A stretch of 52,174 nucleotides of DNA, taken from Chara braunii (Eukaryota > Plantae > Charophyceae). This document shows positions 36,671 through 48,900 of this stretch, piece after piece. Made by a program: the position numbers and the translations under genes. The DNA is taken from NCBI GenBank assembly GCA_003427395.1, contig BFEA01000041.1, forward strand, positions 2,545,790-2,597,963, given 5' to 3'. The notes under the pieces are model-generated. The model did no database searches. It worked only from the letters and a program-made list of their open reading frames with translations, and was not told the origin of the DNA. Position 1 is the first letter of the stretch. Every line of letters begins with the position of its first letter.

Positions 36671-36818
36671 CTTTAGAAAGGGAAGGGGATTTCCCACTGC
36701 AAAAGAGGATCATTGTAAAGCCTGAAATGCGTGTATCTGGACGTGCCACTGGTTGGATAGGGGCAGAAAATGGCCACGGAGTCTGCTTTCCTCTGACAAA
36801 CACGCCCAGATTCCTCAA

Positions 36819-37009
36819 CCCACCAGTACCTTTCCCAGCTATTTTGCCACGGCGTGCTGCGTAACGCGGGAGGCCGGCGGGGTTTGGTGCTACCAGATCG
36901 AAATGGTTGGCGGTGCCAGCCAAAACGAGTCCCGCAATGGTTGTTTTTTTTCTCGGCGCGGAGGGTGATTTTAGGCTCGGCATCTATCGCTGAGAAAGGT
37001 ACTGGTGGT
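36819..37009. mobile_element. piggyBac-like MITE
   Basis: TIR cccaccagtacctttcccagc / gctgagaaaggtactggtggt; flanks tcaa (36815-36818) and ttaa (37010-37013). Confidence 0.75.
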
Positions 37010-37099
37010 TTAATAGCAGGGTCATTGTTTTCTTTTTCACGTGCTTTTTTCTTTGCTTCTTCCTTTTGATCGCATTGAGATCGCAGCAACGTATTTTAC

Positions 37100-38420
37100 G
37101 ACGACGCTGCATACAAGTCCACAAATCACAAGATGAGTTGGATCCGGGAGAAATTCGCGACCTGCAAGGGATGTGAGAAGGGAGCGCATGATTTCTTCCT
37201 GATCCAACCGATCTCAGCGTCAGTCACAACTGTGATAAGCAAGTTCAATGCGGACAGACAAATCATGGACAGTTGACGAAGTGTATGGTGTGACCGTCCG
37301 AAGTCCGCATCTACCCGTGGTCTCCTCGGAAACAGCAGTGCCCAGAGGAGAAACGGGAACAGATGATGGCCAACCACTTTGGGTGGAATTCTGCCACATA
37401 CCGATCGAAATCCAAGCAGCCTTTGTCAACCATTTCGGACAAAAGTTTGATATCATGGAGTTTATTGCCTCGCCCTCCAGTACAAAAGAAGGCTGGCCAC
37501 CCAGCCAGACACATCCGGGCATGGAGGCTGGAGCGGCGGCGCTGCTGGAAGAGTCAGCGGTGTCCAGCAACCCAGGAAAGAAGCCGCTGTGGTTGGAGTG
37601 AGCAGGAAAGGGGTGCCAGCGATGGGCAGGCTGTGCACGGCATAGCCATATGAGCCCTCCCCCTGTATGTACAGAAGCATGATGACTATCTGATGCTGGC
37701 CTTAGACCTGCCGGAGGGGCAGGTTTTCACAATCGACGACGTCATTCCAAACGGACTTGGGGGAAAGACGTTCAAGATCCACACTGCACATGCATCCCGC
37801 CCCTTGTGGTTCAAATGCGAGTCACACAAAGACCGACTCCCTACAGCACCCGGCTAGACGGGCAAGATCAACGGGCTGGCTGTTGCGTGAGCCATTTAAG
37901 CAAACACATTGGCAGACAGTTGATCAGGGGAGCAAGGGGTAGGTTTACATCGACGAGAGGAAAGAAAGGGGAGAAGGGGAGATGAGAGAATGGACATGGG
38001 AGAGGCAGGGGGACCAAGATTGGATCACTAGACCCCCAGACACATGGACCGCCCCCCAGGCCAGTGGAACCACATGTCAAGGGGCCTGCTCAGCGCTGTC
38101 CCCCCCTGCCTCTACAATGGAGACCCAAGGAAGGCGGCAGGCGACAGGGCCTGCAAAACCCGCTGCGCAGAATTATTTGGGAAAACTGGCCTGCCGGATT
38201 CATGGCAACAGGTGACCCCCAAGAAAACCAAAAGACAGGATGAGAAACCTGCCCACTCCAGTGTCCAGGAACAGCCAGGGGGCAAGGGGCTGATCATCCA
38301 CAAGAACACTCCCAAGGCCAACGGGGTTATAAGGGGGGGCTGGAAACAGATATACAACCTTAGCAGATTCAAAAGACACAGAAGGATGAGGGAGGGCCCT
38401 TAGGTGGCGAGGAGCAGGGG
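37100..38420 (+). pseudogene. LINE ORF1-like fragment
   Basis: PLWVEFCHIPIE resembles the plant L1 ORF1 WV..lP motif; decayed Cys/His knuckle near 37800-37850; low-complexity tail. Confidence 0.5.
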
Positions 38421-38449
38421 GAAGCGGGGGGATAGGAAGTAACAGTTTT

Positions 38450-38513
38450 AGCCACGTGATGCCTGTAGTCCGGGCTGTGATAAGCCACGTGATGCCTGGA
38501 GTCCGGGCTGTGT
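38450..38513. repeat. 33-bp tandem duplication
   Basis: agccacgtgatgcctg(t/g)agtccgggctgtg occurs twice. Confidence 0.9.
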
Positions 38514-39888
38514 CCACACTCGGTGGTTTCCCGTACCCCTAAGGGAAAATCCCATGTAGAACCCCGAACTTCCCCGAAGTACAGATTCAAGATAATGGGG
38601 AAAAGTGGTGTTTCATTTTCCTTTTTCTTTTTCCGTTTTGTTTAAAGAGGGGGGGGGGATGGGGAGAGGAATAGAAAATGCAATTCGGGTCTGGCGTGGC
38701 CGGTTAGCGGCCGCGCCAGGAAATTCAAGAAACAGTTGGGACTTAGCGGGAGTGGGAATTTTGAATTTTTGCGCGCGTGGCGGTTTCTGAATTTTTGCGC
38801 GCCCCGTAAACATGTTCTCCTGCTCTGCATCCCCGCGCCATCTTCCCTTCTTGCTGTGCATCTCCTTCCTGCATGTCTCTTCGTCTTCCCTCTAAGCGAA
38901 GTCCGATCCCCTCCTCCTCCTTTCCCTGCGAATGATTGGCTGTCTGAATGGGATGGTCGGGCCAGTGTGGTGGCCGCGGGAAGCGCACCCCACTTGGACG
39001 ACCACCCCAATCACGCAGACCATTCGACTCGCCTCCTTCGATCTTTCTGGAACGTTTGCCCTTCTTCTGTCCCGGTCATCTACACTCCGCGCTTCGCGCA
39101 GCCTCTCTGCCACCTTCCACGCTATAAATTTTTGCAACCCCTTCCTCTCACTCTCTTTGATCTCGGCTGCAAGCTGCGCACGCTATGCGTGAAGCCCGCG
39201 CCGCCGGAAAGGCTTGACGTGCCCCGTGCTGGCGGAGTGACGGCGGGTGGCGGAGTTAGCGGTAGACTTGGGGTAAGGCAGTTAGAGGGACTGAGCGGTG
39301 GTGGAGATCATACGCCGACAGTAGCAGGGCCTTGTGGCTATGGTTGTCGGTGGTTTGACGGATTGGGGACTGGGCCCGGAGCGGCCAGTTGAGAGAATTC
39401 TGTATTTTTAAGACGAAGTTTTTTCTCCATTGCTGCTTTGTCCCCGTGTGATGTGTGCAAGTTCCCCAATGTGGGGGTAGTGTATCGTATGCCTTCTCGG
39501 GTATGGAAGTCCATGGATGTGATTGTCTCAGTAAGGGTTGATGATCATAGGGTACCAAGTGTTGATGGCTTACATGAGTGCATGAATGCGTCGGTCCTTT
39601 CCGTCTCCCTCCCTTTTTGATTAATTGCCCTTAATCCGCACAAGTGTGTCTGATATGTGCCAACCTCCTCTCGCCATCTCTCTCTCTCTCTCTCTTCGTG
39701 CGGGGGTCGGGACTCCCAGGGGAAGCGGATACTTTCAGAGGGATCGGCCAACCGTGTCCGCGCGAAGCGGCCGACCTCTCTATCTCCCCCAAGGGTTCCC
39801 GACGCCGCGTTCGGGTGGAGGTTACAGAGAAGAGACGGAGAAAGAAAGTTGGGTGCATCCTTCTTCGGCGGTGTTCGTCGATCTTTGC

Positions 39889-40326
39889 ATGGAGTCAGGT
39901 TTCGTCTCGACGAACGGAACTGTGGGTCGTGGCCCGAGCTCGGACCTTGTCTCAGAGCGTCGTAGCGCGCTTCCGCCCTTCCCGATCACAAACAACGATG
40001 GCATATACTGCGATGCGGGTGTGCGGAGCCTGCTGCGACGCACTGAGCCAATCCATCTTTACAACCCGACCTAGGCGTGCCACATAGGCGGGAGTGGGTT
40101 TGTGCTGATTGAGCGATTTGCTTCCCCGCCCTTAATTTTGCCGTACACAGACCTCACGGTGTTGCCCTGGTCTGTCGTGCACGCCACCTAGTGTCCGCGG
40201 TTTAATTGTCACTGGTGTCGCCAGGGAGACTCGCGCTCGTGGCAACGGTTGGTCCTGGGGTACGAAGGGGCCACTCGATTCCCCGAACTCTCCCACAACA
40301 CGGGTGTGCTCCCCGCCCCTTTCTGA
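39889..40326 (+). pseudogene. paralogue of the 194-aa C-H-CxxC protein, two in-frame TAG stops
   Basis: Read-through gives ...PPFPITNNDGIYC...T*ACHI...LIE...PLILPYTDLTVLPW...T*CPRFNCHWCRQ; stops at 40072-40074 and 40189-40191. Confidence 0.7.
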
Positions 40327-41465
40327 ACTTGGGTCCCATCGACCTGCCCAACCCCGGGCGAGCCCGTGCCGCGCCGTCCGCACGGACTCGATGAGTCTGA
40401 CAATGAAGCCTGAACCTGTTCTTGGGGCCTTCGACCCCAAGGGCTGCGCGAACCACGCGCCTCGAGGAACGGAACTTCGTCCCCGTCGGCTTCGTTTCTC
40501 TTCTCCCCTCCCCTCTCGTTTTGTTTTCTTTCCTTTTTCCATGGGGGAACGGCGGTCGGCCCGTAGGACGTCGTCGTTTGCCCCTAGCGACAGCTCGAGC
40601 CCCAGCCTGGGCACCTTGGCCTGAAGCAAGAGTCCCCCGTTTCGACTGGGTGGCTCAACCCCCATGGCTAAAAATCCTCAGCCACGCCCCTAATAACTCT
40701 GATCGGTGTCCGAAGTACAGAATGTCGCGCGCGGCGTGAGGTTGCGCATCACAGGCTGCGCAAGGGGACGGGGGGGGACAGGAAGTAAACAAGGGGAGCA
40801 CTCAGGGAGTGAAGTAAGGGCACTGCAGCAGGCTCAACCACACCAAGCGGGGACCAGATCAGGATGTATCAGAGCAGCAACAGACACGCTTGACACATCG
40901 AGATGGTAGGACCCACTCAAAGAGGCCTTCCGTCCAAACCCATGGAAGTGGATGAACCATCGGACCCGCTGCCCCCCCCACCACTGGGCCACCAGAAGTG
41001 ATAACGACTGATAACTTCCCGGATCCCACGGAAAGCCCGCATCAACAGGTGGATAGAGAACAAAGAAAAGCAAGGGGACTACCGCCTGATATGCCATGAC
41101 TGGACAAACGTGGACTCAACAGTACCCCTTCGCCCCCTATCAGAGTTCCCAGATCCCTTCCCCCCCTCCTCATTGTCCCTGGTCCCCATGAGTTGGTATG
41201 GCTGTGCATGAAGAGGAAAATGTCTGGATAAGCTGTAACCAGCTAGATGGAAATGTCTGATCTGGCGGCCATATAAGGCTGAAGAGGCTGATTACAGAAG
41301 GTACAGCAAGATGGGTAGGGAAGGTATTTGAGTGAATTCATTATGACAGGAGAAATAGATGTAAGAGGCTGACAGTCTGGAAAGATAAGACACAGCCAAC
41401 CCTCAGTTTCTAACTTCTAACACATTCAAATGCTTCTCATAATCTTCCCGAAAAACTATATATAA

Positions 41466-41629
41466 GGGACGCTGGACCCGTTTTCCAGCAGGTGCAGCTC
41501 CCCACCAATAGATTGGAGTCAACAGGTAGCCTGCTAGGGGTAGGTGCTGGTATCACTATCCCTAGCAAGGCCAACTGATGGTTTAAAACAAACAAACAAA
41601 AAAAAAAAAACAAAAAAAAAAAAAAAAAA
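41466..41629 (+). repeat. 3'-tail motif copy 9 with long hairpin and polyA
   Basis: Core motif, then tgctagggg...tccctagca hairpin and an A-rich tail running into the gap. Confidence 0.9.
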
Positions 41630-41697
41630 NNNNNNNNNNNNNNNNNNNNNNNNNNNNNNNNNNNNNNNNNNNNNNNNNNNNNNNNNNNNNNNNNNNN
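41630..41697. other. assembly gap (N run)
   Basis: N characters. Confidence 1.
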
Positions 41698-42310
41698 GAG
41701 GGGAGTACCGGACTGGCAGTTGGACAGACTGAAAGCACAGTACAGTCACGGATCCGTAGAACTCTGGGACAAGTTCAACATGTATATTCAGTTATTCTCA
41801 ATTCTAGACAACAGCCCTACCCTCAAGTACGGCTTGAAGCATGGTCCGCTGCGAACCATGAGTTGGACAGATGTCCTCTACAGACTGTTCTGCATAGTGA
41901 ACGCACAATTTCAATGCCCCCCCTCCGCAGCCACAGGCTGCAACCTAGGAGGATAGACCCAAACCAAACCTGGATCAGCAGATCCCCCCCTGCCCCCAGC
42001 CCTGTCTGGCACAGCCAAGGCTGAAACGGAACGGCAGAATCGGGAAAACGAACAAGGGGAGCAAAGTGAAGGGGGGGAGGCATTGTACCGGCAGAAGAGG
42101 CTTAGGCACCTGGTAGAGCAGGGACCGTACGGGGGTGTCTATCAAAGGATGAGGGAGTCTTCGTCTTGCTGTTAAGGAAGAAGGAAGGGAGGTGGGAAAT
42201 CGGACTGACAGTAATTCCCAAAAACAGGTACGGTACTAACTGCGAGGGAATTACCCTACTGGGCTGGCAAGCCAGCGATAGCCTAGTGCCATATCAGCTG
42301 AGGGACTCAC
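41698..42310 (+). pseudogene. LINE fragment homologous to the pre-endonuclease region at 1880-2330
   Basis: LRKKEGRWEIGL...EGITLLGW vs MRKTNGKWEIGL...GVTLQGW. Confidence 0.7.
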
Positions 42311-42355
42311 TCTTTTTGTTTTTTATTTTTTCATTAACACTCCCCCACCAGTGTT

Positions 42356-43587
42356 TTTTTTTTTTTTTTTTAATAAGCCCAGGTTGTTGTAGAGGTGGGA
42401 TACTAGACGGATGGCAGTCACCCACAGTACTCGGCCACTCGGTTGTCCAGATGAACCCCTCTGAAGAACCCACCCACCCTTTTTGCTCTGGCACACCCCC
42501 ACCCCCCCTGTCCTACCCTGGTGTTAACCACCCAGGACCATCACCCATTGCCATCTTGGCTTGGTGACCTGACTAGACAGCGGTTGAAGCAGACGCCGTG
42601 CAAGCCTGATTGCACGGGGACTTCGGGAGCTAGGTTTAAACATGCTACTACAGGTCTTCATGAGGGTGCACAGTGACTCCCATCTAGCTTAGTTGTATGG
42701 TGATGATAGAGAGCTGGGTATCCTCCGTTCCCTCGTATGTCCCTGGAGCCCGTTCCGGCCATGACACCTCCAACATCCCGTACTAAGGAACTGCTATGCC
42801 AGCCTCAACCCTATGCTACGTACTAGGAGGATAGCCAACCCTAGGTCATGAGTTATGGACTGAGTTTCTTTATCCTCATGTTGTCTTTTTACTACAGTGT
42901 ACTATGATGTTGATGGTAGAGAGATGGGGATCCTCCATTCCCTCGTATATCCCTGGAGCCCGTTCCGGCCCCGTGGTAAGGTGCAGTATCTCCTGACACC
43001 CCCGACATCCGTACTAAGGACTGCTATGCCAGCCTCAATCCTAAGGTACGCACTAGGAGGATAGCCCACCCTCAATCGTGAATCATGGACTGTATGTATT
43101 GACCCTGGATAATCTCTAAGCCCTGTGTTGTCTGATAATCTGAGAGCAGACAATCCTCTATTCCCTCGTATGTCCCTGGAGCCCGTTCTGGCCCTGCGGT
43201 AAAGTGCACTATCTCCTGACACTCCCGACATCCCGTACTAAGGAACTGCTATGCCAGCCTCAATCGTTTGACCACGTACTAAGAGGATGACCAGCCCTAA
43301 GTTACAGTCTGGTATCGAACACAGGACCTTATGTGAATCGTGCAAGTGACCTAACCTATTGCCATACACTGTGAAATAGTATGTAGCTGTGCTCTGCTGG
43401 GCTCGAGTAAACCGGACGATGCGAGCCACCCAGCAGTCTCATGACAACCCCGTAGACCAAGAACATCAGGATACCCACCATCGCCCAGTCCCCTCATACA
43501 ACAACCATGGACTACCGCTTGGGTGGTGCGCAGGCAGTGTCTGTAATAACTTACCTGCGTCATCCCAAGGGGATGTGCGTCCAGTCG
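42356..43587 (-). mobile_element. non-LTR retroposed insertion with polyA and ~210-bp internal repeats
   Basis: TSD tcccccaccagtgtt at 42341-42355 and 43588-43602; T-run to 42372; tccctcgtat(g/a)tccctggagcccgttc three times. Confidence 0.88.
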
Positions 43588-43899
43588 TCCCCCACCAGTG
43601 TTAGTGATGCTGATAAGAGCAAACACCACTAGCACCTGAGGAGAGGCTCCGTCTATTGGTGGGGAGCCTCACCTGCTGGAAAGCGGGTCCAGCGTCCCTT
43701 TATACAACCTGAGTACATCCGAAAGCAAGTGTGTGGGGATCCTGCCAGCATTGATTACCCTGGGAACCAGGGGATTGACTGAGCAGAATATTGGAAGGAG
43801 GGGGAAACCTCTTTACCCTGAGCCCGGCGCCAGATACACTAGTGCACACTAGTTCCTTCCTCTCCCTGGTCCCATTTCTTTGCCTGAGAATCTAAGCCA

Positions 43900-46800
43900 C
43901 CCCCCTTTTCTACTGCTGACAAAAACATTGCCTCTGTACTATGGTTGTGGCTGCCAGAGGGAACATGTCTGGGAAATCCTCGGGCCTTTTCATTGGAATG
44001 ATGGGGTCAAATTGCAGCCAATCGTGGAATTTGAGCTTGTAGTACTTGGCAAAGTCACTGCCGCCCCCCTCATCTCCCTTTTCCCCAGGCCATTCTACCT
44101 GAGCCATCGTGCCCCCCCTTTCCCCCCCCAGACATTTTGCGCAGAAGGTGTGGATCTCCTTGATGATGTCTAATTTTTGTGTGAGAATTTCCGTTTTTTC
44201 TGAATTCTTTGTCATTGTGCTCTTATTTCTGTTTTCATAAATTGTTTAATTGTAATCGCCACTTCCACTTCCTCCATTCTGTCCCCTTCTTGATCGAATG
44301 TGCACCTTCTTGTCCACAAGGTCCAGATCATTGCCTTTCTAGATATGGTAAAGAGGTTGTTGGCGAAGCAGGATGCTTGTGGCCTGCTCCATTGTCCCAA
44401 TAGAAGAGCTTCTCATTTCCATGGTCACTCCTAATTGGTGCCCAGTTGAGACCAAATGCGATCCCACCAACGCCACAGCAAGGTAGCACCCGAACATTGG
44501 AGAAAAATGTGTTCTATTGTCTCACATATTCTTCGGGTCATGGGAGTACGACCCCCCTTTGCTCCAAGTCCGTCCTGTCTATAATCCAATCATTGGTGTG
44601 GAGGCATCTGTGGCAGATTTGCCACTGTAGGGAGACGAACTTTGCAGGTCTCATTTTCACCCTTTGAACCACTGCAGCCTTCTAACTTGATCTCTATGCA
44701 GGCCAAGGTGTTTCTGCCATTGTTCTTCTATCCTTGCCCGAATGTCGACCCGGGGTTTGAGCATCCTAGAAGTGGCTTTTACAAACAACTCAGAGAGGTG
44801 CACAAATTGTTCATTCTGTCCCCTAACCCATTAACATTCCAGAGGTGCAGGGCTAAAGCGAAAAGGGGGACTTCCGGTAGGTAGGCATATCATTGAGTCC
44901 TCCCTTCCTTATGGCTTTGCAGGACCTGGATCCGGTAGAGGTTGGTCTTTTCATGCCATTGGACCGAGTCTGGGTGGTAGCGGACCAGGGTGTCCTCCCC
45001 TCTTCTTTTGAAAAGGTTGACCATGACCCCTTCCAGTCTGACTTTCACTAACGTGTCAATTTGCAAGGGGAAGTTCTCTACCCTTACTGCTACCCAATCA
45101 TGTTCCTGTAGTATCGGGTCCTTTCTTAGGGTCACCACCCAGGCAAGGTGGATCAAAACAGGGTGCCCGCCAGCTTGTGAGTGTAACGTAGGAAGGGTTG
45201 TAGTTGTTGGGTCGTTTTCCACTCTTTGGTTGCCCCATCCCATATATCCCCCACTCTAAGAATTCCTTGACTAACCCATGAGGCCCAACGAGGGTCCGAG
45301 CTGGCAAAAAATTTTCCTTGCCTATTCGTAATTGCCCTGTTCCCAAACAGGGGTTGGCGTAGGATCCCCTTCACTCGTTCTGGGGCAGGCCTATCTGGGA
45401 TTGGGAGCCTCCTCCAGTTTTTAATAAGGTCGATTTATAACTTGTATTTTATCAAGTCTTCCCCAGTCGCTCCTATGTCCCCTTCCTCTTGAGAGCATAA
45501 ACAAGGGTGGGGTATAGACCAATACCGGTCCTCGAACCATCTGAAGGGGTTTACTGTGTTGGCGGATCTCAGTGCGAGTCTGCGCATTTGTTCCAAAGCC
45601 AGATCCCCACACGGAGTATTTATTTCGACAATCAATTTTTTGATCCATTGGATTGATAACGCAGTAGCTTGTAGATCGGGGATCCAACAAGCCTAATCCT
45701 CCCCTAGTTTTGGGTTGGATTACCTTGTCCCACGCCACCTTGTTTATCACGTTTTGTTGCTCATAAATCCCTCGTTAGAGAAAAACAACCACGTGTTTTT
45801 TTAGGTTCATTGTGCTATCCTTTCTCAGTTGCCAGAGGGCCGATCTGTACCAGATGTATGTCGGCACCACGTTATTTATTATTAGTGCCCTCCCTAAAAG
45901 TGATGTGTTTTTACTGCCCCAATTCTGCATTTTTTCCAGTGTCGGTCTAATGATCCATTCGTCATTTCCTACCGGCGGTCCATGGGTTAATAGCACCACC
46001 CCTAAGACTCTCATTGGTTCCTCCAGGGGTCTCCAGTCAACCTTGGGTTGTTCAGGGGGGCGAACTCCATGGAAGTGGATCCACCAGCCTTGCGTTTTGC
46101 TACACCAATTGATTGACATGTCGGATACCAAGGTGAACCGGCCCATGAGGGTTTGGAATTCGGTCATGTTGTTGTGGGTAGCCTCGGCTACTATTGTAAG
46201 GTCATCCGGGAACATTGAGTAAATAAGTATGGCTTCTTTTGGGATGCCAGACAGCCGAAGCCTGGAAATTTTGTTGTTAGTTCTCAGATTAGCAGTCGTT
46301 GCTTTCATCACTACCAAAAACAGGAAAGGGGCTAGAAGGTCACCCTGTCGCACGGGGGCCAACAATTTAATTTATGGGGCCAGCAAGCCGTTCACCTGCA
46401 CCCGTGTGGTTGCATTATGATTGAGTATCATAATCTAGTCACGAAATTTGACCGAAGTTCATTTTTTGCAGGCATTTGTCCAAGAATTTCTAGTCTACAT
46501 GGTCGTATGCTTTTTCAAAATCAATAAAAACTATGACTGCATTTTGTTGTGACTGTCTTGATAGCTTGATCGGTTCATTAACCAATAAAACATTGTCTTG
46601 GATGTTCCTATTGCGCATGAACTTTGTTTGTGCGGGGTGAATTATCTCCTCTAAGGTAGGTGTCATCCTGTTGGTCATCGCCTTGGCCACCAACTTATAA
46701 ACCACAGTAAGGAGGGTGATTGGTCGACAATTCCTTATGTTCGTTTTATCCCTTTTTTTGTACAGAAAGGTGAGGATCCCCTGACTAACCATCTCCCCCA

Positions 46801-48900
46801 TGTCTCCTAACGATTTAACTTGACGATAGTATTTCATCAACTCCTTTGACATAGAAGACCACAGATCTTCCCAAAATTCCTTAGGGAATCCGTCCACCCC
46901 TGGGGTTTTGTTTTCCTTCATCTGCAGGCAGACATTTCAGATTCCATCCTTCTGTAGCGGTTTATCGTGAGTCTCCCGCTACTCACTGGATAATCGTGCA
47001 GTGAGGGGGTGTAACCGTGTAGGAATTATGTAATTTTACCTTCCCTTATCTGCTCTAACTCGTCGGTTAGGATGAAGGAAAAAAGTTATTTGTGAAACTC
47101 CCTGACCACTTTCAAGCCATGGGCCGAGGAGTATGTGGTGACTTCGCAGGTTTTGATCGGGTCATATAGCCCCTCTATGATGGATCGTCTGGCGCTGGTT
47201 TGTGCCAACGCAAAGAAGGATGCGTCCATTTGACCTTCAGTGAAGTGTCTGGATAACTTGCCTCTGATGATAGAGCCCTGCCACCTTTGCTGTGCGAAAT
47301 CTAGTAGTTGTTTTTTAAGCAGTTGTAATTCAGGGAATTCAGTATGGGGATGAATGGGCAGCGACGCAGTGCTTTCCTTTTCAAGGCTGCAAATTTTATT
47401 CTGGATGTTAATTTTCTGTGCATTTTTTTCTTTGGTTCACATTTTTGAAAATTCGTTGCATTTCCTGGCCATGGTTATTGAACCACACGATATAAGAGTC
47501 ATGACGATCCCATGTGGTCCTCCAATATTTCCTACGTCTTTAAGAAAAACACGGAATTGATGTTGCTTCAAGGTAGATGTGTTGAGTTTGTAAAAGTCAG
47601 GACATTGGTCTGTTTTTTTGCGGAATCTGATTAATATCACACACATCTTGTGGTCTTCTCTCGGTCATGGACTTAGTGGGAAGATGGCGGCTGCCTGCAG
47701 AACCCTGTTCAGATCCTCTGCCAAGAGGATGAGGTTTATTATTGACCTGGATTGTAAAGGTGTATTGTTTTTGCGAATGCAAGTGAACAATTTTCTTTCC
47801 GGGTGTAGTCGCCTATAAGAATCATAGAGGTGCTCCTCTTCACAGAGCTTGCAAATTATTCCTTTATCCACTTCTATATAAGTAGGGCACGGGGAGGGGA
47901 CCCTCCACCTCTCAAGGCTACGATCCGGGGCTGCATTAAAATCACCTGCGATGATTGTCAGTATACCTTGTGGCAGTTGGGACCGTATATGTTCAAAAAG
48001 ACTTTAAATTTACGTTGTTCAACGTCATCAGGGCAATAGATGCAAATCACACTAACTACTTCTATTTCCAGCATAAGGAGGGCGGTCACCCATCTCCCCT
48101 CCCTCGTATCTACGGCGGAGTAGATAACTTCCGCTCGATTCAGGGAATCCAAATCGCCACTCCTGCCGACCCCGGTCTCGACGCGTGTGCTGCAATCTTT
48201 TCGAAGGGTCAGGCCAGGTTATGTGCCCTGGCATGATCTGGAGAGTTTGTGGGGTGGGTTTCCTAAATGCAGATTAGGTCCGACCAACGCCTCCCCCCCA
48301 CCCCCCTTATTTGCTATAGTATTGTCTTTCGTTTCAAAAGGTTTGTTGTCGACAACCCATTCACGTTAAGAGAGCGCAAGTCCAAATCTGCCACATGGGA
48401 TGCCCTAGTCCAGGCCTTATCCTTTCCATACAGGATCTGCAACTCATCTGTTCCTAGGGCGGGTTGCCAGTCCCGTGAACGTTGTTGCTGATTTCTGAAT
48501 TCAGACTGGTTCATTGGTAAACATAAGCGCCCGGTCTGCATTGTCTAGAGTGGAGGGGTCCTGAAGGGTGTTGTGCCTAAGGAGTGAACATAAGTAGTGT
48601 ACTACCTCCGGGGCACTCCCACAGATATTGTCCCTAATCCTTGTCTGGTGCACTTCCAAGAGCTCCGCGTGGGTGAGCCAAATCAAACCAGATTCCTTGA
48701 GTTCGCCGAATCGGGCAAAGGCTACCTTTTGAGCCATGTGCGCTTCACCTTCCTTTGCCACTCACTTAGCCTCCGCCCCCGGCTCGTACTGAGACACCAC
48801 AAATCTATCCAGATCCCACTGGAGGACCTTCTCCCCCTCAATGTCGTAATCCTGGAAGGAGGACCACCCCTTGATCTTTTAATCCCATTAATTCAAAAAG
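43900..48900 (-). pseudogene. LINE ORF2 (APE - RT - zf-RVT)
   Basis: DLRSLNVNGL; KTPGVDGFPKEFW; RPITLLTVVYK; IDFEKAYDHVD; VRQGDLLAPFLF; MFPDDL; PKTRGGLG; WQICHRCL. Confidence 0.95.

Noticed and set aside
36707-36715. ggatcattg as the 18S 3' end
   Set aside because: 9-nt match outside the TSD-bounded insert; likely chance.
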